In this document: in pieces, positions 35,851-48,670 of the stretch
Position numbering within the stretch: the first letter of the stretch is position 1
Layout of the letters: each line of letters begins with the position of its first letter
NCBI RefSeq assembly: GCF_964213995.1
Contig: NW_027590151.1
Span: 744,001-808,000 of the forward strand
DNA length: 64,000 nucleotides
Direction: 5' to 3'
Source of the DNA: Mustelus asterias
Lineage: Eukaryota
Notes under the pieces: model-generated
Seen by the model: the letters and a program-made list of their open reading frames with translations, nothing else
What the model was told of the DNA's origin: nothing
Databases searched by the model: none
Translations under genes and position numbers: made by a program

Positions 35851-37115
35851 AGGGAGAGTTCACCAGCTGCATGAGGAAAAGGATTAACTGGCTCGTCCCA
35901 TTCAGTGACACAGTCGGACAATCACACTGAGAAAGGGTTCAGACACTTCCTGTCTCTGAAGGGATTTACTCAGCTTTCCCGCCTGTTAACATCCCAGTTT
36001 AAAAACCAAATGATTTCTTGCACAATCAGTTGTGGGATGGAGGAGAGTCAGTGTGTGGATGAGGAAGATTCACAACACTCCCCTCAGGCTGCAAATCCCA
36101 AATCCACATTTTCCCCATTTGCGTTGGCAGCTCTGGGCATTGCCCAGGTGATGGGCCCAGGTTAACAGCTGCCATCCTCATAGGGGGCCATGAGCAGCTG
36201 GTCATGTGTGCACATATTAATCTGACTTTTCACTGCACCCTTGCTCTGACTGAAACACTATGATCTGCACCCTTTCCTTCTCCCTTATGTACTCTATGAA
36301 CGGTATGTTTTGTCTGCACAGCACGCAAGAAACAATACTTTTCACGTGACAATAAATCAAATCAATGTGTCATCATCCTGGGCTCGGAACTGGGAGGAGA
36401 GAACATAGAACAGTACAACACAGAACAGGCCCTTCGGCCCACGATGTTGTGCCGAGCTTAATCTGAAACCAAGAATGTTGTGAATTTCCCAGAATTGTTA
36501 CAGCGCAGAAAGAGGCCATTTGGCCCATGTGTCTGTGCTGACTCTTGGAATGAGCAATTCATGGAGAGCTATTCCCCTGTCTCCTCCCTGCAACTCAGTT
36601 CATTTGTCCCCTTCAGATAACCAAATTCAGAGTTTGTATCCTGGACGGACAGTGATGGATTTTGGAAACTCCTTTTACAGAGGGCTAGAAGGGGAGGATT
36701 TACATATAGCAAACGCAAAGCAAGAGAAATATTTGTTCGGAATGTTCTCCTGTCCTTACATTGACAGCTATTTTACACACCTTTTTCGACAGGAAGTTGC
36801 AGTCGGAAAACACGTCAATATCTGACAAATTCACTCGATTCATCAGGATCTGAATATCTTTGACCTTTGAATGTGGAAGGAGAAACGTTTGTTCTGTCTG
36901 TGGGAAAAGATTTCAAACATCAGTGTGACTGGAAAAATACACACACCCGAGTGAGAGTGTTCCAGTGAACTGAGTGTGGAAAGAGTTTTAACCAGTTACA
37001 CAGCCTGAAAAACCATCGCACCATTCACAGTGGGGAGAGATTGTACATGTGTTCTGTAGGTAAACAAGAATCAAAGTGATCATCCACCTTGAAGAGACAC
37101 AAAGACATCTTAACC

Positions 37116-37790
37116 GTGGATAAACCATGGGAATGTAGGGACTGTGGGGAGGGATTCTGTTACCCATCCACACTGCAAATTCATCAACGCAGTCACACTG
37201 GGGAGAGACCATTCACTTGTTCTCGGTGTGGGAAGGGATTCACAAATTCATCTGACTTTCTGGCACACCAGCGAATTCACACAGGGGAGAGACCATTTAT
37301 CTGCTCTGAGTGTGGAAAGGGATACACTCGGTCATCCCACCTGCTGATACACAAGCGAGTTCACACAGGGGAGAGACCATTCACCTGCTCTGTTTGTGGG
37401 AAATGTTTTACAAATTCATCTGATCTTCTGACACACCAGCAAGCTCACACTGGGGCGAGACCATTCACCTGCTCCATCTGTCGTAAGAGATTCACTCGGT
37501 CAACACTCCTCACTGCACACCAACTTGTTCACACTAACAATAGACCTTTTAAATGTTCTGATTGTGAGAAGAGCTTTAAAAGCAGGCGTGAAGTGCTGTC
37601 ACACCAACGTACACACACTGGGGAGAGGCCATTCACCTGCTCCGAATGTGGGAAGAGATTCACCAATTCATCCAACTTTCTGAGACACCAGCGAGTTCAC
37701 ACTGGGGAGAGGGTGTTTACCTGCTGTGTCTGTAGGAAGGGATTTGCTCAGTCAAACAACCTGGTTCGACACCAGCGTGTTCACAAGTGA
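37116..37790 (+). CDS. 8-finger C2H2 ZNF frame with no ATG; family start replaced by ACCGTGG
   Basis: 8 intact fingers with no Met codon; in-frame TGA at 37077; acceptor CTCCTTTTACAG at 36680. Confidence 0.62.
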   Translation: MDKPWECRDCGEGFCYPSTLQIHQRSHTGERPFTCSRCGKGFTNSSDFLAHQRIHTGERPFICSECGKGYTRSSHLLIHKRVHTGERPFTCSVCGKCFTNSSDLLTHQQAHTGARPFTCSICRKRFTRSTLLTAHQLVHTNNRPFKCSDCEKSFKSRREVLSHQRTHTGERPFTCSECGKRFTNSSNFLRHQRVHTGERVFTCCVCRKGFAQSNNLVRHQRVHK

Positions 37791-38409
37791 CTGTAGGAGT
37801 TGGATTCTGTCGTTATTGCTGCTGTTAATCACATTTGGGACTAAACCATGTCCATTCTGACTGTTATGTTTTTTCTGCTGATAATAATTGAACTGAAGTT
37901 TAATATTCTGGATATATCTCACATTAATTAACTTTGGTTTAAACACATTGTTGTAGATTTTGTTTTTCCCACCTAAGTGTTTAACATCACCTGTCTGGAC
38001 CTCAAGGACAATCCAGGGGAAGATCATACAGCAGGAACAGAACTTCAGCCTGGACACAGTCCAGGAGTATAATGACCATCAACATCTTGTCCCTGTTGAA
38101 TAAAATCAAACATAGCGTTTATCTTCCTTCGAGTTATCTGACTTTTTCATTTTGTACATTTCACACTGATCCCCGTGGTAACATAGATATTATGTTCCTT
38201 CTTCATTTCAACCCAGAACATCATATGGACCTTTACAATTAACTTCTCAGTCCCACTTCTTTCATCAATGCTTTCAACTTTAAATGTTCAATAGGTGATG
38301 AAGTAATGTAATGTTCTTGGTGGTTCATGGGCAGTACCGATCTTCTCTGCTGCCTGTCGCAGGAAGGTGCTATGGTTTGTTGGGGTTTTTGTCGAAACTG
38401 GTCATGAGT

Positions 38410-38660
38410 CTATTGTGTAGCAATGGGGAGTGGGACCCTGGTGGAAAGCACAATCTGGATTGGCCGACCAATCATGAACTGAAATGGGCTGTGAACAGGG
38501 TTTTGAAAAGGAGGGATATGAATGGTCATTTCGACACCAGACGAGGCAGTGATCCAGTCATTGACCCTGAACAGATCATCAGCTCCCTTCTTGACAGCTT
38601 TTTTCAGTGTTGTTTCTCGAGAGTCATCTAGGATGTGCAGAATTATTGCATTCAGCACTA
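38410..38660 (-). mobile_element. Possible LTR-retroelement/ERV integrase remnant
   Basis: TLKKAVKK..DWITASSGVEMTI..HSPFQFMIGRPI resembles the integrase core C-terminal segment (NRTLK..W..LP.VL..IR.TP..SPFELM.GRP); motif match by eye only. Confidence 0.4.
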
Positions 38661-38713
38661 AATGATACTCTGTGTGCTTAAGTAACCAAATGAACCCTTA
38701 ATATCTGGACAAT

Positions 38714-39298
38714 TGATTTTGATTTGATTTGATTTATTATTGTCACATGTATCAACATACAGTGAAAAGTATTGTTTCTTGCGCACTGTACAGACAAACC
38801 ATACCGTTCATAGAGAAGGAAATTAGAGAGTGCAAAACGTAGTGTTACAGTCATAGCGAGGGTGGAGAGAAAGATCAACTGAATGCAAGTAAGTCCATTC
38901 AAAAGTCTGACAGCAGCAGGGAAGAAGCTGTTCTTGAGTCAGTTGGTACGTGACCTCAGACTTTTGTATCTTTTTCCTGATGGAAGAAGGTGGAAGAGAG
39001 AATGTCCAGGGTGCATGGGGTCCTTAATTATGCTGGCTGCTTTGCCGAGGCAGCGGGAAGTATATAGATGGAGTCAATGGATGGGAAGCTGGTTTGCGTG
39101 ATGTATTGGGCTACAGTCACGACCTTTTGTTGTTCCGTGCAGTCTTGGGCAGAGCAGGAGCCATACCAAGCTGTGATACAACCGGGAAGAATGCTTTCTA
39201 TGGTGCATCTGTAAAAGTTGGTAAGAGTCATAGCTGACATGCCAAATTCCCTTAGTCTTCTGAGAAAGTAGAGGCGTTGATCGGCTTTCTTAACTATA
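38714..39298 (-). mobile_element. Rex1/Babar-type LINE 3' fragment
   Basis: LTNFYRCTIESILPGCITAWYGSC; (ATTTG)n tail at 38714-38735; another copy at 46785-47135. Confidence 0.8.
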
Positions 39299-39589
39299 GG
39301 AGCAAGTGTGTTTGAGAACTATCAACTGGAAAACTCATGTACTCTGGCACGAGAAAGAAACTGTTGATTCTGGAATCGAAGCCAGTCAGGGTATGGTCAG
39401 GGGCGGAGTGGTGAGTGGAGGGACGTTAATGTGCAGTTGGAAAAGTTTAGAAACCTCTACTTAGTTGCAGAGGAGAGTAGGGGTTTAAATCCCTTTGAGA
39501 AATGAAACATAGAGCATCTATTCAAAAGAATTAATGTATCTCAATTGGGGAGCAAAATTATTTCATATTCCCTGTTTCACTGTGCAATG

Positions 39590-39745
39590 GCGCTGTAGGT
39601 ACCCAGCATTCGCTGCGGGTGTGAAAGTGCCCAATTCAGTCCACAGGAGGCCAGTGCGCAGTCGTGGTGCTGTATCTGGAGCATGCGCACTGTCACTTTG
39701 CTCGGAGCATTGCGAGTGCGGGAGACGCTTCTTTCAACGGGTGAG
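39590..39745 (+). promoter_or_regulatory. Promoter/first-exon module, paralog of 50660-50820
   Basis: TACCCAGCATTCG.TGCGG.TGTGA..GTGCCC..., GAGCATGCGCA and donor CGG|GTGAGA at ~39741. Confidence 0.65.
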
Positions 39746-39751
39746 AGTCAG

Positions 39752-41277
39752 TGGGGCGGAGGGAGGAATGGAGCCGGGGGTCGGGGTGGGGAGGGGGGAA
39801 TGGAGCCGGGAGTCGGGGTGGGGAGGGAGGAATGGAGTCGGGGTGGGGAGGGAGGAATGGAGTCGGGGTGGGGGGGGAGGAATGGAGCCGGGAGTCGGGG
39901 TGGGGAGGGAGGAATGGAGTCGGGAGTCGGGGTGGGGAGGGGGGAATGGAGCCGAGAGTCGGGGTGGGGAGGGAGGAATGGAGTCGGGGTGGGGGGAGGA
40001 ATGGAGCCGGGAGTCGGGGTGGGGAGGGAGGAATGGAGCCGGGAGTTGGGGTGGGGAGGGGGGAATGGAGTCGGGGTGGGGAGGGAGGAATGGAGTCGGG
40101 AGTCGGGGTGGGGAGGGAGGAATGGAGTCGGGAGTCGGGGTGGGGAGGGAGGAATGGAGCCGGGAGTCGGGGTGGGGAGGGAGGAATGGAGTCGGGAGTC
40201 GGGGTGGGGAGGGAGGAATGGAGCCGGGAGTCGGGGTGGGGAGGGAGGAATGGAGTCGGGAGTCGGGGTGGGGAGGGAGGAATGGAGTCGGGAGTCGGGG
40301 TGGGGAGGGGGGAATGGAGTCGGGAGTCGGGGTGGGGAGGGAGGAATGGAGTCGGGGTGGGGAGGGAGGGAGGAATGGAGCAGGGAGTCGGAGTGGGGAG
40401 GGGGGAATGGAGCCGGGAGTCGGGGTGGGGAGGGAGGAATGGAGTCGGGGTGGGGAGGGAGGGAGGAATGGAGCAGGGAGTCGGAGTGGGGAGGGGGGAA
40501 TGGAGCCGGGAGTCGGGGTGGGGAGGGGGGAATGGAGCCGAGAGTCGGGGTGGGGAGGGGGGAATGGAGCCGGGAGTCGGGATGGGGAGGGAGGAATGGA
40601 GTCGGGGTGGGGAGGGAGGAATGGAGTCGGGGTGGGGAGGGAGGGAGGAATGGAGCAGGGAGTCGGAGTGGGGAGGGGGGAATGGAGCCGGGAGTCGGGG
40701 TGGGGAGGGGGGAATGGAGCCGAGAGTCGGGGTGGGAGGCGGAATGGAGCCGGGAGTCGGGGTGGGGAGGGAGGTATGGAGTTGGGAGCCGAGAGTCGGG
40801 GTGGGGAGGGAGGAATGGAGTCGGGGTGGGGAGGGAGGAATGGAGTCGGGGTGGGAGGCGGAATGGAGCCGGGAGTCGGGGTGGGGAGGGAGGAATGGAG
40901 TCGGGGTGGGAGGCGGAATGGAGCCGGGAGTCGGGGTGGGGAGGGAGGAATGGAGTCGGGGTGGGAGGCGGAATGGAGCCGGGAGTCGGGGTGGGGAGGG
41001 AGGAATGGAGCCGGGAGTCGGGGTGGGAGGCGGAATGGAGCCGGGAGTCGGGGTGGGGAGGGAGGAATGGAGTCGGGGTGGGAGGCGGAATGGAGCCGGG
41101 AGTCGGGGTGGGGAGGGAGGAATGGAGTCGGGGTGGGAGGCGGAATGGAGCCGGGAGTCGGGGTGGGGAGGGAGGAATGGAGTTGGGAGCCGAGAGTCGG
41201 GGTGGGGAGGGGGGAATGGAGCCGGGAGTCGGGATGGGGAGGGAGGAATGGAGCTGGGAGTCAGGGTGGGGAGGGAG
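39752..41277 (+). repeat. G-rich minisatellite (32-bp GGAATGGAGCCGGGAGTCGGGGTGGGGAGGGA with 25-bp and other variants), G4-prone
   Basis: About 1.5 kb of tandem units with GGG/GGGG runs; extreme purine and G skew. Confidence 0.97.
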
Positions 41278-41409
41278 CGGAAGATTTACAAACACGCACT
41301 GGAGGTCGCAAGGCCCCATAATGACTCCGGGGGCCCGTAATGTCAGCACTGCGGCTTTTTCCCGGGAACAGGCCCAGAATATCAGCCGCCATCTTGTTCC
41401 AGCAGTGCA

Positions 41410-42180
41410 GAAAGTGTTATAGAAGTATCAAGCGACAAAAGGAGATATTTGAGCAGGTGACCTAAAGCTTGATCAAAGAGGGAGGTTTTAAGAAGTGTTT
41501 TAAAGGAGGAAAGTGGGGTCGAGAGATGGAGAGCTTAAAAGGTGAAAATTCCAGAGCTTGGAGTGGAGGCAAGAAAGAATGGTCAGCTTTGGTGGAGTGA
41601 TTAAAATCAGGGGTGCTGAAGATGCCGGAATTAGATGAACACAGAGATCTTGGAGCGTTATGTGGCTGAAGGAGATTACAGAGATAGCAGTGATCGCAAC
41701 TGTGAATAGATTTGGAAACAATGACGAAAATTTGAAAACTTTGGTATTTCTTAAACAGAAACCAAACTTTGTCAGTAAGTGAGCACAGCGGGTGGTAGGT
41801 GAACAAGATTTGATGTGAGTCGGGACATGGGCAGCAGAGTGTACAATCACCTGGAGAATATGGGGAACAGGAATGCGGAGGGTCGGCTTGGAGTGCATTC
41901 GGATAATAAAGTCTGGAGGCAACAAAGGAATGGAGAGAGTTTCAGGAGCAGATGAGCTGGGATTGGGATGGAATTGGGTGGAAATGAATAGGTGGTCTGG
42001 GTGATGACATGGTTGTGTGGTTGGAAGCTCAGCTTGGGGTGAAACGTGACACTGAGGGTGTGAACAGCCTGGTTCAGTTTTAGAGAGTTGTTTGGGAGAG
42101 GATTGGAGTCAGTGGCTGGAGAGTGAAGTTTTTTAGACTCATCTTCTGTTCATCCAGTATTGGGTATCAGACAAGTCAGG
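41410..42180 (-). mobile_element. Old L2-type LINE fragment
   Basis: Reverse homolog of the 31200-31480 segment (..LCNLLQPHNAPRSLCSSNSG..LKHFLKP). Confidence 0.6.
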
Positions 42181-42576
42181 ATGGTGTGTGACTTGGAGGG
42201 GAACCTGGTGTTGATGATGTTCACATACACTTGCTACTCTGGTCCTTCCAGATGGTGGAGGTTGAGGGCTTGGGATACTCTGTTAAAGTTCTGGTTGTGA
42301 TATAGATGTGTAAAGTCACTCCCCTTTGCAGCTACTTCTCTCTCTCCTCCCATAGAGGCCATAATTTTGTTTAGACCCAGACCGGGTCACAGGTTCCCTT
42401 CCCTGAAGGACATGAGTGAACCAGTTGAGTTTTTATGACAATCTAGTAGTTTTCATGGTCACTTTTTCCTCGTGCCAGCCCAACAAATACCAGATTCATT
42501 CTGCTCAATTTCACAACCTGCCTTTTTTTCTGGGTTCTCTCTCACTCCCTTTTTCTGTTTTACATCAATTTCACAG

Positions 42577-43965
42577 GGTGTTCGAAGAGGAGGATTTGCA
42601 GTTGAGAAATACAAGGCAAACATCACAGCAGGATCTGATGGAGCTGCCCAGTTAATGGTAACCTGGTTATCATTCGGATTTTAAACATTGAAGGAAAAAG
42701 CATTGTTCACAGTGGATGAAACCATTCTCTGTGTGGACGAGGCTTCAGTTGATCATTTGGCCTCAGGAGCTCCAAATGTAAATATACTGGGGAGAAACCA
42801 TGGAATAGTGAGGACTCTGAGGAGGGATTTGGTTCTCCATGTGAACTGGAAACTCATAACACAGTCACACCAGGGAGCGGCCATTCACCTGCTCTGTGTG
42901 TTGGACTGGTTTCACTCCATTATCCAACCTGTTGGCTCACTGACATATTCATACTGGGGGCAGATGGTGCAAATTCTCCAGATGGTGCAAAGGGATTCAC
43001 TCAGTCATCCCACCTTAAGACACACAAATGAGTTCACACTCGGGAGTGATTTTTTAAATGCCCAGACTATGAGAAGAACTATAAAAATTCCCAGGAAGTG
43101 ATATTCAGCAATGAGTTCACACTGAGGAGAGACTGTTCAGGTGCTCTCACTGTGAGACTAGGATCAGGCAATCATCTGACCACACTGCACACCAGCGAGT
43201 TCACACCAGGGAGAAGTTGTTCCTCTGCTCTGAGTGGGGAAGAGATTCACTCAGACATCCCACCTCATGGAACACAAGCGAGTTCACATTGGGCAGAGGA
43301 CATTCGCCTGCTCCGAGTGTGGGAAAAGATTCACTCAGTTATCTAAATTGCTGACACACCACCGAGTTCACACTGGGGAGAGACCTTTTAAATGTCCCGA
43401 CTGCACAAAATGTTATAGAAGTTCCTGGGAACTGAGGCGCCATCAACGTGTTCACACTGATAAGAGACCATTCAGGTGCTCTCACTGTGAGACTAGGTTC
43501 AAACAATTATCTTGTCTCACTGTACATCAGCGAGTTCACGCTGGGGAGAGGCCTTTCATCTGCTCTGTGTGTGGGAAGAGATTCACTCGGTCATCAGCAT
43601 TCAAGGCACACAAGGTAGTTCACACTGGGGAGAGGCCATTCACCTGTTTCCAGTGTGGAAAAGGATTCGCTCGGTCATCCAACCTGCTTTCGCACCAGTT
43701 AGTTCACACTGATGAGAAACCTTACAAATGCCCAGACTGCGGGAGGTGCTATAAAAGTACAAGGGAACTGATGCGCCATCAACGTGTTCACACTGATGAG
43801 AAACCGTTCTGATGCTCTTATTGTGGGACTGGGTTCAGGCGACCATCTTATCTCACTGCACATCAACGCACTCACACTGGGGAGAGACCGTTCACCTGCT
43901 CCCAGTGTGGGAAGGGATTCTCTCAATCATCCAGCCGACTGAAACACCAGCGAGTTCATCAGTGA
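42577..43965 (+). pseudogene. Decayed ZNF paralog of the 29939 gene; residual 6-finger ORF 43267..43812
   Basis: Same acceptor (CAATTTCACAG), ATG changed to ATT, frameshifts/stops in the 5' fingers, premature TGA at 43810 followed by two intact fingers to 43965. Confidence 0.8.
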
Positions 43966-45824
43966 TTGCAGGAGTTGGATTTGTTGTTAATCACATCCAG
44001 GACTGAATGATGTTCATTGATGTAAATAAACCCCAGCCCAGTTATAGGTTTTAATATTTTGTATAAAAGTCAAGTAAACAAGCTTTGTGTTAAACACACA
44101 GTGTACTGTGTCTTTTTAATACACAAGATCATCCTTTTGTTTGCCAATTCTCCATCCTCCCCTCCAATGACAAGTGTGAGGAGCTCAGGAAACTTCTTTG
44201 TCACTAAGATGAGCCTCATCCATACCCCCCACCTGTTATACATATTCCAGCTCAACTCACTGGAACCCCAGGCCATTCTTGCCATTCTATCAGGTCACAG
44301 GTACTGAGGCCAAAAGTAGTGCCCTAAAGTTAAGTTTCTTATTCAAACCCAAGATGTTTCAGTGCCACATCAGGGCAGGGAAAAGGGAAGCCATTGGCTT
44401 CAGATGGACAATGCTAAAAGTTAATATCCCAATTTCTCCACCTTATTCTTTCAAGTTGAAAAAGTGAAAATTCAGCTGTTTATAGAAGTGGCGAAATAAG
44501 CAATGACCCACCACATGGCAAGTAGTTCAGAATTTATCCCGTCACTGGCTCATTGGTTGCTTATGTGGCATCTGGAGCTGTTTTCTTGGCAGGTTTTGTC
44601 AGTAATCAAATCTCTGACAGAACATCTTACCCAGGCCCTATACCCACATCTCCACATATTTACCTTGCTAATCCCCCTAACTTACACATCTTGGGACACT
44701 AAGGGGAAATTTACCATGACCAATCCAACTAATGTGCACATCTTTGGAGTGTGGGAGGAAATCGGAGCATCCAGAGGAAATCCGAGCAGCGAAAGGAAGT
44801 CCACGCAGAAATGGGGGGAATGTGCATTCTCCACACAGACAGTCACCCAAGTCTCGAATTGAACCCGGGTCCCTGACACTGTGAGACAGCAGTGATAACC
44901 ATTGTGCCACTCAGCATTACCTCCCACTCTCGGGCAGCTCCTGTGTCTACCTCAGCTGGAATGAGAATTGAACCCAAACCTTTTGTGTTATACTGACCGT
45001 ACATTAGTCCAGCTCCCCTAGTTCAGAATTATGGAGCATTATTAAGATACAAGTATTAATCCTGTGACTTGTTGTGGAAAAAAAAACAATGTTCCCAAAG
45101 GCTTCAACAGTAAATGTGCCAACATGGTGGTAGGAATCCCAGGAAAGACTGAATTTGACACGACAGGTAGACATCAACACGCATGCTATAATTAACCTCA
45201 GAATCCTCAGGTGGCACAGTGGTTAGCACGGCTGCCTCAGCGCCAGGGACCCGGATTCAATTCCCAGCTTGGGTCACTGTCTGTGTGTCATTTGCACATT
45301 CTCTCTGTGTGGGTTTCCTCCGGGTGCTCCAGTTTTCTCCCACACTCCAAAGATGTGCGGGTTAGGTGGATTGGCCATGCTAAATTGCCCCTTAGTATCA
45401 GGGGGGCTACTAGGGTAAATGCATGGGGTTATGGGGATAGGGCCTAGGTGGGATTGTGGTCGGTGCAGACTCGATGGGCTTCCTTTTGCGCTGTAGGATT
45501 CCATGATTAAGATAAAAAGAAATAGGAACAGGAGAAGGCAGATCGGCCCCTCAAGCCTGCTCCAGCATTCAATAGGATCATGGCTGACCCAACATTCTTC
45601 ACATCCACTTTCCTGCCCTTTCCCCATAACCCCTGATTCCCTTATTGATCAAAAATCTAACTCAGCCTTAAATATACCACAAGGATTTTGCTCCCATAGC
45701 TCTCTCTGGCAAGGAATTCCAAAGACTCACAACGCTCTGAGAGAAGAAATTCCTCTTCATCTCAGACTTGAATTGGCTTCAGGAGGTTAAAATCCTGTTT
45801 TGTTTCCCCGATTTATCTCCAGTG

Positions 45825-46590
45825 ACCAGACAATCGGAGTGAATGAGGGGCGGGGCTGGAGGACCGAGCGGGACAGCCTGGTCCTCCAGCCAATCGGAGT
45901 GAATGAGGGGAGTGAAAAAGGGGCGCCCCCCCCCCGCCCCCCCCACCATTGTGATCTGGAGCATGCGTAGTGCCGCTCACAGCTAGATTGAGGCGGTTGT
46001 GGGAATTATCAGCCCGGGAGATACCGCCGGATAAATCAAGAATGAGAGACGGAGCCGGTGGGTGCGTTGGTTTGGAGGCTTCATAAGACATGCTGTATAG
46101 GCCCCAGGTGCCTAATACAAAGCTCGGATTCGGTATTAAAGTCCGATGACAGCTGCTCGGGCTTTTCTCTCAGACAGGCCCAGATGAATAGCCGCCATCT
46201 TGAGACGGCACAGCGTGCGGCCGAGCGCGTGCGCAGACAGAGGGAGTTCCAGGCTCAGCCCGGCCCCTCATTCACTCCGATTGGTTGGAGGACCAGCCGC
46301 TTCCACTCGGTCCTCCAGCCCCGCCCCGTCTTCGGAGCTGCCGTCCATCACTCCCCGGGGCATTGTGATGTGGAGCATGCGCAGTGTCATTGCTGTCCTT
46401 GGCGCTTGTTTGTCCCGGAGAAGCGGAGTCAGCGTTAGGCGGTGGCTGGGAGGATTTGGAAACACTTTGTGGATCCGCAAACCCTTCAGAATCATTGTCA
46501 GCTCCCTGGTTTGCAGCTGCGGGGCTTCTCCCTCCCTCCCTCCCGGGAACAGGCCCAGGTTAACGGCCCCATCCTGGCTCAGCCACTGGA
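45825..46590. promoter_or_regulatory. CpG-rich promoter upstream of the 48671 ZNF, with oppositely oriented CCAAT/GC modules
   Basis: CAATCGGAGTGAATGAGGGG x2 (45831-45910), YY1-like GCCGCCATCTTG (~46190), reverse module at 46255-46330; 46352-46587 is nearly identical to 18163-18405 (inverted). Confidence 0.72.
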
Positions 46591-48670
46591 GGATAGTTCA
46601 CAGAGGATGGAGGAGGAAGACAATAAATCATAGAATCCCGACAGTGCAGAAGGAGGCCATTCGGCCCATCGAGTCTGCACCGACCACAACCCCATCCCTC
46701 ACTGTTTGTATGTTTCCACAACTCTGGGAGATGCCAGCCTTACACAGCCTGACCTCAGTTCTGGCAAGACCCATTCACCATTCTTTGATTTGATTTATTA
46801 TTGTCACATATTAACATACAGTGAAAAGTACTGTTTTGTGTGCACGATACAGACTAAACATACCGTTCATAGAGAAGGAAATGAGAGCGTGCAGAATGTA
46901 GTGTTACAGTTACAGCTCGAGTGTAGAGAAAAATCAACTTAATGCAAGGTAAGCCCATTCAAAAGTCTGACAACAGCAGGGAAGAAGTTGTTCTTGAGTC
47001 AGTTGGTACGTGACCTCAGACTTTTGTATCTTTTTCCCGACCGATAAAGATGGAAGAGAGAATGTCCGGAATGCATGAGGTCCTTAATTATGCTGGCTGC
47101 TTTGCCGAGGCAGCAGGAAGTGTAGACAGAGTCAATGGATTGGAGGCACAGCTTTGGACTGTGGGAGGAAACTGGAGCACCCGGAGGAAACCCACGCAGA
47201 TACGGGGAGAACGTGCAGACTCCATACAGAGAGTGACCCAAGCCAGGAATCAAACCCGGGTCCCTGGCTCTGTGAGGCAGCAATCTAAACACTGTGCCAC
47301 TGTGCTGCCCTGTGCCACAATGCTGCCCCTAAATAAGAGGGTACACTTTGGCATCAAATCAATGAGGACTCTGATCTCTGGGAAGGAAGGAAACCCTGAG
47401 AAGTGGGCAGCGAGGATTAACAAACACCCACTGGAGGCCCCAACACCCCCAATAAAAAGCTGCAGCTCCCGAGTTTGGCAAAGAAACAGAGTGGGAGGGG
47501 TTTCATGGTCTCAGTGTCCAGGAGAGAAAATTATTGATAATTGATTCATTTTATTTTCACTCTGCACAGGACTTGAGAACTGAAACCAGCCCTATTAGAA
47601 TCATAGAACACCTGCAGTGTAGAAGGAGGCCATTCAGCCCATCGAGCATGCACCAACAACATCCCATCTAGTCCCCATCCCCGTAACCCCAGGTATTTAC
47701 CCTGCTTGTCCCCCTGATGCTCAGGGGCAATTTAACATAGCCAATCAACCTAACCTGCACATCTTTGGACTGTGGGAGGAAACTGGAGCAGCCAGAGGAA
47801 ACCCACACAGACACGGAGAGAACATGCAGACTCCACACAGACAATCGCCTGAGGCCGGAATCAAACTCGGGGCCCTGGCGCTGTGAGGCAGCAGTGCTAA
47901 ACACTGTGCCACCCCAGAGGGAGGGGGTGGAATCTGCAAGTAAGGAAAGGAATTGTGAAGATGGTGTGATGGATTTAGCAGGCTGATCAACTCTCATGGT
48001 GAAAATTATGGTACAGCCTGCCCTGGAGTCCAAATGAATGGTGGATGGGTCTTGCCAGAACTGAGGTCAGGCTGTGTGGAAGTGGCGTCTGCCAGAGTTG
48101 TGGGAACATGGAAACAGTGAGGGATGGGGTTGTATGCAATGAGAAAGCCTGGGACAGTGGACTCAAATACAGATCAATCCTGTTAAATATGGGACAGATA
48201 GTTAGCCTGGGGAGAGTGTGTGGGATGAGTAGTCACTGTTTTCAAGGCACAAATAAAGACAGATGTATCATGAAAAATGTAATTCTGTTCAGAATTTCTC
48301 TATTTATAAATTTTGTAAACTCCTTTTTCCAGGAAATTAGAGTGTGTGGATTTATAGACAGTAAGCTCAAACTGAACATCACAGAATGATCTGACAGAAT
48401 CACTCAGTTCACCACAGCCAACATCATCAGTGTTTGAATTTGGAAGGAGCAATGTTTGTCTGTGAGACCATTTCAAACATCAGTGTGACGGGAAAAGCAT
48501 CAAAACACATCCTGGAATGAGAGTGCTGCAGAGCACTAACCGTGAAAGATCTTTAACTCGTTAAACAGCCTGTAAAAACATCAGACCGCTCGCAGCGGGG
48601 AGTAACTACACGTACTCTGTGTGTGTTCAACTGATTCTGCAACCTGGAGAGTGACAAGGAAACTGGCACC

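Noticed and set aside
39534-41422. Four 530-595-aa ORFs (Gly/Glu/Trp- or Pro-rich)
   Set aside because: They are open in several frames only because the G-rich minisatellite lacks stop codons; no evidence of coding.
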